NCBI GenBank assembly: GCA_047611865.1
Contig: JBLFWS010000123.1
Span: forward strand, 1-10,042
DNA from: Chlamydiales bacterium
GTDB lineage: Bacteria > Chlamydiota > Chlamydiia > Chlamydiales > JBDQID01
Length of the DNA stretch: 10,042 nucleotides
Reading direction: 5' to 3'
A program made the translations under genes and the position numbers. The notes under the pieces were generated by a model that was given only the letters and a program-made list of their open reading frames with translations, was not told where the DNA came from and did no database searches. This document shows, one piece after another, positions 1 through 6,470 of the stretch. Position 1 is the first letter of the stretch. Every line of letters starts with the position of its first letter.

Positions 1-354
1 GATTCTGTCGACACATTGAGACAAACTCAAACAGTTCTCCTCCAAAATATCACAGGTAATACTGAGGATATTAGAGAACTCAAATCAACGACTGATAACA
101 TAAACAGCCGAGCCTTGAATAACACTCAGGCTATATCCTACATAGGAGATTCTGTCGACACATTGAGACAAACTCAAACAGTTCTCCTCCAAAATATCAC
201 AGGTAATACTGAGGATATTAGAGAACTCAAATCAACGACTGATAACATAAACAGCCGAGCCTTGAATAACACTCTGGCTATATCCTACATAGGAGATTCT
301 GTCGACACATTGGGACAAACTCAAACAGCTCTCCTCCAAAATGTCACAGCAAAT
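1..354 (+). repeat. In-frame 147-bp (49-aa, 7-heptad) tandem repeat: at least 2 full copies plus a partial third
   Basis: gattctgtcgacacatt starts at 1, 148 and 295. Copies 1 and 2 differ at one base (CAG vs CTG, Q/L). The third copy matches for about 60 bp with about 5 mismatches. The array may continue upstream of the window. Confidence 0.97.
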
Positions 355-1863
355 TCCGCTATTAATAAAGGACTACTAACATCCCATGAGCAAATGACTG
401 ACGTGGTTTCTAACAACACCGAAAACATTAGCCATATTCAAGAAAATCAAAGTGCCCTTATACAAAATGTCACCACAAATACAGCTTCTTTCAGGGCTCT
501 ACAAGAAGTACTCGAATCCCTAAATATAAATGAGACTAGAGCTGATTCCAATCTATCAGAAATCACCTCTTCTCTTAAACGACTACAAGACGACACCGTT
601 AGTATCCTTACTTCTGTCGCAAACAACACACTGGCTATAGGATCATTTGATGCTATAGCCAGTGTGTTGTTTGCGACAGAAGTAATATCACTAATAAATT
701 CCTCCATTGAAAATATTCAATCATCCTTTGAAAACTTGGGGAATAGAGTTTCTGATACTCGCTCTACTTTACAAGAAGTTGAATCCCGTCTTGAAATTAT
801 AGAAAAAAGGAATGTCAATGTCACCACATTGGAAAATACAACCCATGCCCTGTCCGAACAATTCCAGACTCTAAACGAAACTGTTCATTCAAATCATGAA
901 CTCATCGAAAAGACACAAGGTGATATCAATCATTTCCAAAGTTCTATCGATAGCAATACCCTTTCCATTGATTCTGTCCACAATATCACGACCCAACTAA
1001 ATCAATGCCTTTTCTCTTTGAGAACAAACATCTCTGAAATCCAGACGGCAATGTCTGAACAACAAAGCACTGTTAACAAACTTATTTGGGAGTATTCTAA
1101 ACACTCACATAATGATTCCACAAGCTACAATCTAACCGCACTTCAAAACACAGTATCAGCTTTAAACAAAAGTTATAACGAGACTACAGCGTCCCTGGGG
1201 ACCCTGAAAGACACTCTCGAAAATGTGCTGAGAAACTTCACATCGCAAACCATAGAGCTAGAAAATACTAAACAATCCCTCCAAAACACCGAATCCCGTA
1301 TTACTGAGCTTGAGGAACAAGAAGCTAAAAATACCAATGAAAAAGCTTCTCTTGAAGATGAGGTTAATAGTCAGCGCCTTCTAGTCTACGGCATGCTTGG
1401 GAGGCTTGGAGGGGCTGCAGCTTTGTATCAACTAGGAAAATGTTGCGCAAACCGCCTTAGCAAATCAAAAAGAAGCGAAATCTACCGCGAGATCACTAGA
1501 CAGTGTAATTACTTAAAAACAACGATAAGAGAGGATAGCTCCGAACCTGTCAAGAAACGACTTTGTAATGCCCTTGTTCGCCTCATTGATAAATCTTCGA
1601 GGTATGTCAATGAAGAAAGAAATTTAAATTCCTTTAATAAGTTGGAAAGGGCATTGAAGTCCCTTGAAAAAAATATCGAAATTTCAAACTTCCACTTTAA
1701 GCTCCTTCATCTTCAGAGAACAAAGATCGAAGGCCAAAGGCTATCTACAAAAGCCAGAGAATACCTTGAGTTCGGCCTAAACCAAATTGAAGACGTCCTT
1801 ACAGAAAAACTCTCCAAAGGAAACAACCGCGAGGATACACACATATATACTCTCTCTCAGTAA
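1..1863 (+). CDS. Large coiled-coil protein, 5'-truncated: repeat-rich stalk, weak single TM segment and basic C-terminal tail; putative surface or inclusion-membrane effector
   Basis: Frame 1 is open from base 1 (GAT TCT GTC GAC ACA TTG = DSVDTL) to TAA at 1861-1863, so the track's start at 16 is probably not the real start. It shows a heptad pattern with recurrent [I/V]xxN[T/S]xx[I/F] motifs. An apolar, Gly-rich segment LLVYGMLGRLGGAAALYQLG (about 1378-1437) is followed by KCC and SKSKR. Confidence 0.85.
   Translation, partial: DSVDTLRQTQTVLLQNITGNTEDIRELKSTTDNINSRALNNTQAISYIGDSVDTLRQTQTVLLQNITGNTEDIRELKSTTDNINSRALNNTLAISYIGDSVDTLGQTQTALLQNVTANSAINKGLLTSHEQMTDVVSNNTENISHIQENQSALIQNVTTNTASFRALQEVLESLNINETRADSNLSEITSSLKRLQDDTVSILTSVANNTLAIGSFDAIASVLFATEVISLINSSIENIQSSFENLGNRVSDTRSTLQEVESRLEIIEKRNVNVTTLENTTHALSEQFQTLNETVHSNHELIEKTQGDINHFQSSIDSNTLSIDSVHNITTQLNQCLFSLRTNISEIQTAMSEQQSTVNKLIWEYSKHSHNDSTSYNLTALQNTVSALNKSYNETTASLGTLKDTLENVLRNFTSQTIELENTKQSLQNTESRITELEEQEAKNTNEKASLEDEVNSQRLLVYGMLGRLGGAAALYQLGKCCANRLSKSKRSEIYREITRQCNYLKTTIREDSSEPVKKRLCNALVRLIDKSSRYVNEERNLNSFNKLERALKSLEKNIEISNFHFKLLHLQRTKIEGQRLSTKAREYLEFGLNQIEDVLTEKLSKGNNREDTHIYTLSQ
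608..685. repeat. Perfect 33-bp inverted repeat with a 12-bp spacer inside the CDS
   Basis: 608-640 ttacttctgtcgcaaacaacacactggctatag is the exact reverse complement of 653-685 ctatagccagtgtgttgtttgcgacagaagtaa. The spacer gatcatttgatg can also pair internally (atca/tgat). Confidence 0.97.
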
Positions 1864-1899
1864 AACATACCTCGAAGTTTATGAGCAGATCATCAAGCA

Positions 1900-2130
1900 A
1901 GATATTTAGTTTAATGGGACCTTCAATTTTATTTTCTTCAAGCTGAAGGAAGGAAGGGAATTTTAGTTTAAAAATAGCAAAAGCGGACATGAGGCAGCCT
2001 GAAATACTGATCTTTTTTCCAGTCCTTGCCTTCCTCTTGGAGGTTCTTTTACTTTCTTTAAAATGTTTCGTGCTTTTCTAAGCAATCCTTTAGAGGAAAG
2101 ATTTACTTTCTCAATTAGTCTTGCAGCCAT
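1900..2130 (-). pseudogene. Transposase N-terminal fragment, frameshifted (DDE type, IS4-like/ISNCY-like; family uncertain)
   Basis: From ATG 2130 it reads MAARLIEKVNLSSKGLLRKARNILKKVKEPPRGRQGLEK. After one frameshift (probably in the T6 run near 2013-2018) it continues KISISGCLMSAFAIFKLKFPSFLQLEENKIEGPIKLNI. This resembles the 'ISLxDCLMSxxAxFxLKxPSLLQF' N-terminus that I recall from a transposase family. It accounts for the track ORF 1799..1990. Confidence 0.7.
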
Positions 2131-2225
2131 TTTTCTTCCAAACTTGAGAGTTTACGAAAAGAAAATTCTACACGACTCACAAATATTTTATAATTAGATA
2201 TTTAAAATTTCACCGGAAATTGCTG
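1900..2225 (-). mobile_element. Truncated insertion sequence: one terminal inverted repeat plus the 5' part of a transposase gene
   Basis: caccggaaattgctg at 2211-2225 is identical to the last 15 bp of the MITE (5587-5601). A transposase-like frame starts at ATG 2130 on the minus strand. I found no second end and no target duplication, so the left boundary is approximate. Confidence 0.75.
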
Positions 2226-2260
2226 TGAATTGACTCAATCATCCGCAATCTGTTGAGAGT

Positions 2261-2286
2261 TGTCTCTACCGGGACACATTTTTTTT
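2261..2286 (+). terminator. Possible intrinsic terminator
   Basis: Short hairpin tgtctc-tacc-gggaca (6 bp with one G:U) followed by ca and T8. It could have served the coiled-coil gene before the IS inserted. The stem is weak. Confidence 0.3.
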
Positions 2287-2467
2287 ACCTCCCTCATTCC
2301 AAATTAAACCTCGAGGCTACATAGAGAGAAATCAAGCCCCACAGTAAAAAATATAAATTACCCCCTCAAAAGTGACGCCCCCATTTGCCTAAGACATTGC
2401 CTGCCAAATCCCTAATGTGCTAACTTTCGACTCAACTTTCAATTTCATAATTAAGGTAGGCTGGAAC

Positions 2468-2809
2468 ATGACAGGATCAGAAACAGAATCAAAAGAAAAC
2501 CTATCCCAGAGTATTTCTGCACAACTTTTCCTTGGCTGTCCCATCACTTCAGAAATTCGCCTCTATCTCAATTCCAGTCCCTCCTGGAAACAGATCCAAA
2601 CTCTTCCTGGTGAAAATGTCGAAAGTCTCAAGGAAGTCCACCATGAAGAAAAAAGCTATATCGGAACTTTTCTAAAAAAACCACAACCTACTTTAGAAGA
2701 ATTGAAAGCAGCTCAAGATAATATTCGCAAACTCCTAAAAGGCTATTGCAAAGAACTTAAAGTCGACAACCTAAAACTTAATATTTTCCCTCAAATATTT
2801 CTCTCTTAG
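2468..2809 (+). CDS. Hypothetical protein (about 113 aa), first gene of the maf operon
   Basis: ATG at 2468, preceded by purine-rich aaggtagg, is preferred over the track's GTG at 2417. Composition is globular (LFLGCPIT...YIGTFL...IFPQIFLS). It ends 13 bp before maf. Confidence 0.75.
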   Translation: MTGSETESKENLSQSISAQLFLGCPITSEIRLYLNSSPSWKQIQTLPGENVESLKEVHHEEKSYIGTFLKKPQPTLEELKAAQDNIRKLLKGYCKELKVDNLKLNIFPQIFLS

Positions 2810-2822
2810 GGACAACAAAACC

Positions 2823-3404
2823 ATGCGACTCATCCTCGGATCTCAATCACCTCGACGGAAAGAAATTTTAGGCTATTTCAAAATCCCCTTTGAACAAATC
2901 CCTTCCAGTTTTGATGAAAGCTTGGTCGTCTTCGATGGCGATCCGAAAGAGTACGTTTCCAAAATAGCCAGAAGGAAAGGGGAAAACTTAGCCTCCCTCT
3001 ACCCTGAAGCTCATATCCTTACAGCTGATACCATCGTTTTTGCTAATGGCAAAGTCTACCCCAAGCCTGAAAACCCGGAAACAGCATTCAATATCCTACA
3101 GGAACTTTCAGGGGGGTGGCATAGCGTATTCACCTCTGTTGCACTAATAAATGGAGGCAAAGCATATTTTGATGTCGAAGAAACACGCGTTCTCTTTAAC
3201 GACCTGTCGCCTAAACAAATCCGTAGCTACCACGAAGCTATCAACTACTCCGACAAAGCCGGAGGATACGCCATTCAGGAAACGGGATCTCTCATATGCA
3301 AAAAAATCGAAGGCTGCTACTACAATGTTATGGGACTGCCCATTAACACTGTGCGGGAACTGCTTTCCAAAACCGGTATTGACATATGGGAATACGTAAG
3401 CTAA
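2823..3404 (+). CDS. maf: Maf family nucleoside triphosphate pyrophosphatase (YhdE-like, dTTP/UTP)
   Basis: Hallmark motifs ILGSQSPRRKEIL, FDES, ADTIV, KP, LSG-x-WHSVFT, DKAGGYAIQ and GCYYNVMGLP; 193 aa. Confidence 0.97.
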   Translation: MRLILGSQSPRRKEILGYFKIPFEQIPSSFDESLVVFDGDPKEYVSKIARRKGENLASLYPEAHILTADTIVFANGKVYPKPENPETAFNILQELSGGWHSVFTSVALINGGKAYFDVEETRVLFNDLSPKQIRSYHEAINYSDKAGGYAIQETGSLICKKIEGCYYNVMGLPINTVRELLSKTGIDIWEYVS

Positions 3405-5113
3405 CACACTCCTTAGCTTTTACAGCCTTAGTTTTAAGTTCTTGCTCCACACACTCCATAGATCGTGATGACCCCCTGACTCTACCTGACTTCCACAGCC
3501 AGAAAGAAATTCAAGAACTCCCCCGCGTCCTTTACCTTGTCCAAGAGGGTAAGACCCGTGAAGCCGTAAAAGCCTACATCAAATACCACAAAGAAACCGG
3601 CCTTCATGATTTTGAGCTCCTTTATCAGATGGCTCAGTCTATCTTATACAAAGGAGCTAATAGCCTCGACTCCAGTGATCACCTCCGCGCGATATATGGT
3701 TCCGGTATCACGATGAACACGCAAAGTATTCCCATTTTAGAACAAGGCATAAACAGCCCAAACCCACAAGCTCAACTCGCAAGTATTAATTTTCTCGCTC
3801 GCTTACAAGATGACAATGCCGACGAACTTCTTGAAAGAGCCTTGTCGTCCCGCAACCTGCTCGTCCGCCTTGAATCCGCCTTTTACCTGGCGAGCAAGAA
3901 AAAAAGCCTCGGACAGATAGATGCGCTGATGCATAAAGTCGACAGCGACATACGTCCTCTCTTTCCCCAACTATTTGCAATGATTGGCAGCACTCAAGCC
4001 ATAGACCGCGTCAAGTATCTTTTAGCCGACAGTGACCCCGATGTCCGCCTCGCTGCTATCCTGAGTGTCATGGAATACCAAAGGGACGACCTTCTACCAC
4101 TAATACGTACCCTTTCTACACAACATGATATCGCTCATCAGGAGGCATGTGCTTTTGTCTTTGCCACTTTAAAAGACGGCGCCTCTATTGAAAATCTGAA
4201 AATCCTAAGCCGTTCTCCAGCTAAAAATGTCCAGCTGGCTGCCTGGAAAGCTCTGTACCAAATGGGCCACCGCGAAAATCGTCATTATATCGAGCAAATG
4301 GCTAAAGAAGGAAGCTCCTTTGCCATTGTTGAGTTACGTGATATCGATGAAAGCAAAGACACCCTTTATGATCTGGCCAACAGTCCAGACCTACAAGTCC
4401 GAACTAACGCCACAATTTCTCTGCTTGAACAACGGGACAGTCATTGTGTCTCTGGCCTACTAGACATTCTAATAAAAGATTCCCGTGATCTGGCATTCTT
4501 ACCCCAGTTCTCCATTGGAAGGGGAACCGTTGCCTGGAAAGCCATACCCTCTGCTCATCAGAACTTGCGCAAAAAACCCTTTGCTTTTGAGCTCTCCCTA
4601 AAAATGCGAGAAGAAGCTCTGAGAAGGGCTCGAGATTTACCAGAAAAGGACTTCCTCCTTCTAGCTCATGCCTTGTTCCAAAGTGGACAAACTCAACTAA
4701 TCCCCTCACTGGTCGTTCACCTCGAAGCTGTCCAAAGCGACGCTGCCATAAATCTACTAAAGAAATACCAGCAAAAACCAGGCTCCCCACTAACTCGTGA
4801 TTATTGCAACCTGTCTTTGTTCCGACTCAAAGAAGAGGGTCCCTATACCGAGAACTTACGAAAATGGTTACAACACTATCAAGATACTGACCTTATCAAC
4901 TTCAGAACCTTTATTCCATGGAAGCTACGTCCCTCCCTCTCCCCTTACGAACTTACACCTGAAGAAACCTCAGGACTTATCATCGAGACATGCTCAGCCT
5001 TGGCAGATAGTCACGACGAACAGAGCGTAGAAACACTCCTTCAGACTCTTAGCCAAGCTAAGAGTCAAAATCAGTTTGCTCTGGCAGGCCTCATAATACG
5101 AGCCATCGAGTAA
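3386..5113 (+). CDS. HEAT-repeat lipoprotein (chlamydial CT350-like)
   Basis: Signal peptide with lipobox VLSS-C at Cys20. Several HEAT/PBS-like units (LADSDPDVRLAAILSV, SRNLLVRLESAFYL, SPAKNVQLAAWKAL, SPDLQVRTNATISL). It overlaps maf by 19 bp, matching the maf-HEAT order I recall in Chlamydia. Confidence 0.85.
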   Translation: MGIRKLTHSLAFTALVLSSCSTHSIDRDDPLTLPDFHSQKEIQELPRVLYLVQEGKTREAVKAYIKYHKETGLHDFELLYQMAQSILYKGANSLDSSDHLRAIYGSGITMNTQSIPILEQGINSPNPQAQLASINFLARLQDDNADELLERALSSRNLLVRLESAFYLASKKKSLGQIDALMHKVDSDIRPLFPQLFAMIGSTQAIDRVKYLLADSDPDVRLAAILSVMEYQRDDLLPLIRTLSTQHDIAHQEACAFVFATLKDGASIENLKILSRSPAKNVQLAAWKALYQMGHRENRHYIEQMAKEGSSFAIVELRDIDESKDTLYDLANSPDLQVRTNATISLLEQRDSHCVSGLLDILIKDSRDLAFLPQFSIGRGTVAWKAIPSAHQNLRKKPFAFELSLKMREEALRRARDLPEKDFLLLAHALFQSGQTQLIPSLVVHLEAVQSDAAINLLKKYQQKPGSPLTRDYCNLSLFRLKEEGPYTENLRKWLQHYQDTDLINFRTFIPWKLRPSLSPYELTPEETSGLIIETCSALADSHDEQSVETLLQTLSQAKSQNQFALAGLIIRAIE

Positions 5114-5176
5114 GAAGACTCTCCCCTTAATCATTAAGACAAAATACAGGTCAGCCGTTGAATTGGAGGATTTGAA

Positions 5177-5225
5177 AGATCAGTCGCTCCCACGGATTCA
5201 CTAAAACCCTTTGAGCGACTGATCT
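5177..5225. terminator. 13-bp perfect inverted repeat between convergent genes; possible bidirectional terminator
   Basis: agatcagtcgctc (5177-5189) pairs with gagcgactgatct (5213-5225) around a 23-nt loop. It lies between the HEAT gene stop (5113) and the reconstructed stop at 5235. The U-tracts are weak. Confidence 0.5.
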
Positions 5226-5373
5226 CTTATGTATTTATCTGATTCTCAAGTACGCCATCACTGATGCAACAAGCGCTTGTAATGACAAATTTAAACCCTG
5301 AGATCCTGAACTTACTGGTGTTTGAGTAGGTAAATCAGCAGGCGATCTAACTGGAACTGTTGTTAGCGAGGGC

Positions 5374-5601
5374 CAGCAATTCCCGGTGTTATTTTTAGAC
5401 CTTGAAAAAGCTAAAAAATCCCCCTCTTTTCTCTCGAGAAAGGGGGTGTTTTAAAATTATTTCCGCAGCAAAATCTTTGGTTTTAAAAATTTTTCTTTGA
5501 ACACCTCAGAATCCATTGTGAGCCTCTTTTTGGTTTTTTAAAGTGTCTTTTTTAATTTATAACACCTTTATTATCAACGTCAAAAACACCGGAAATTGCT
5601 G
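5374..5601 (-). mobile_element. 228-bp MITE (internally deleted IS derivative) with 17-bp TIRs and a 9-bp target-site duplication
   Basis: Left end cagcaattcccggtgtt (5374-5390) matches the reverse complement of the right end, cagcaatttccggtgtt (5585-5601), at 16 of 17 bases. It is flanked by the perfect direct repeat agcgagggc at 5365-5373 and 5602-5610. The interior is AT-rich with a C5...G5 hairpin at about 5420-5446. Confidence 0.93.
5556..5583 (-). promoter_or_regulatory. Putative sigma70/sigma66 promoter inside the MITE (ancestral transposase promoter)
   Basis: The minus strand reads TTGACG-N16-TATAAA with a TG-n extended -10. Downstream are an AAGAGG RBS and an ATG at 5516 that opens a 19-codon frame, MDSEVFKEKFLKPKILLRK*. 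Confidence 0.5.
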
Positions 5602-6470
5602 AGCGAGGGCTTAGGCGTTGGATTTAAAACATCTTCATTGATACAATGATGCAGCTGCATCAGTTGTGGAAAAATGTTTTTCTGGGCAACAAGTATTTTC
5701 TTACCAGCTAACGTAGTCTGCAGTAGCAATTTGGCAAGGCTCTGGGTCGAAACCTGATTCTGCGTGCGGTTTTGTAGGGATGCATCCTATAGCTTCCTCA
5801 TATGTCGGGTACAGACCATCAGGACAACAGGAATTGAAATAGCGTGCGTACATATTACCCGCTTGAACAGGATATGTAGTATCTTCTGTAGACTGTAATA
5901 TTCTTTTAGCGATTACCTCAGGTTTCTCCATTTTTTTTTGAGTAGAAGACGATCGAAGGTAAGTCGTCCGTTCGATAAGAGTGCCCTCTGCAGGAGAAGC
6001 CACAATGGATAGTATTGCCAGCTTCAAGATGTTCTTGATGTGGCGATTACTTATCTTAGCTGGCATTTTCGTATTGCTTGCCGAACCTGTTTGAAATATT
6101 TGTAATGAGTTATGATTGCTATCTATTGTGGTCGTCATGATGTGATCCAAATTTGAAAATGTAATTCCATTTTACGGAATAAAGTTGGGTTTGTTTTTAA
6201 ATTTTCATTGATGATTTTTTAAAGAAAATGCCATATCCTTTTTTTCCTAATGGAAAAAACAATGCTTTAATTTGGAAATTTATTATAGTGATAATTTATT
6301 TAAAGACTTGTCACATCCCATCAAGGGGCAATACAGCAAGAGAAGATAAAATAAAAAAACTCAAATTAAAAGAGACAAGATCACTCTTGGGAAAAATTCT
6401 GCTCCAAAAATTCTAAAATAAATTACTATCCGCAAGAACTATTCAAAACTCTGAGATTGTGAGGTCCATG

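Larger units (their letters stand above)
5235..6138 (-). pseudogene. Disrupted secreted Cys-repeat protein with Pro/Thr linker and hydrophobic, GPI-signal-like C-terminus
   Basis: Track ORF 5701..6150 (ATG at 6138 or 6066) ends at TAA 5703-5701, but the frame continues ENTCCPEKHFSTTDAAAS. Removing one base near 5646 gives CINEDVLNPTPKPS. Removing the MITE and one TSD continues in frame as LTTVPVRSPADLPTQTPVSSGSQGLNLSLQALVASVMAYLRIR* (stop 5237-5235). Confidence 0.8.

Noticed and set aside
1..354. Repeats as a CRISPR array
   Set aside because: They are contiguous in-frame 147-bp coding repeats with no unique spacers, and no cas genes are present.
447..707. Minus-strand 86-aa ORF containing the same TSVANNTLAI peptide as the plus-strand gene
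   Set aside because: The shared peptide follows directly from the 608-685 palindrome; the rest is an antisense shadow.
1378..1863. YadA-like trimeric autotransporter call
   Set aside because: The C-terminus is charged and helical, with no amphipathic beta-strand anchor or terminal aromatic residue.
1799..1990. Stand-alone 63-aa gene
   Set aside because: Its N-terminal half is the out-of-frame continuation of the transposase fragment; the rest is read-through antisense to the coiled-coil gene end.
2011..2020. A6G run in the transposase remnant as a programmed -1 frameshift site
   Set aside because: In the upstream frame the codons are GAA AAA AGA, not A AAA AAG. A simple one-base loss in a decayed gene is more parsimonious.
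2398..2430. TTGCCT-N18-TAACTT as the promoter of the maf operon
   Set aside because: The position is plausible, but the -10 match is weak and alternatives lie nearby. It cannot be supported without transcription start data.
3144..5030. Short overlapping ORFs (3144-3407, 3151-3399, 3786-3980, 4227-4463, 4404-4790, 4797-5030)
   Set aside because: They are alternate-frame or antisense shadows of maf and the HEAT lipoprotein with no recognisable motifs.
5701..6150. Complete 149-aa gene as in the ORF track
   Set aside because: The second Cys repeat, the linker and the hydrophobic tail continue past the stop, so it is better read as the 5' part of a pseudogene. Expression of the truncated product cannot be excluded.
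6228..6416. 62-aa ORF in the AT-rich spacer, and the ttttttcc/ggaaaaaa hairpin near 6240-6259
   Set aside because: The sequence is low-complexity and A/T-rich with no clear RBS. It is more likely the divergent promoter region, and the hairpin is expected by chance.
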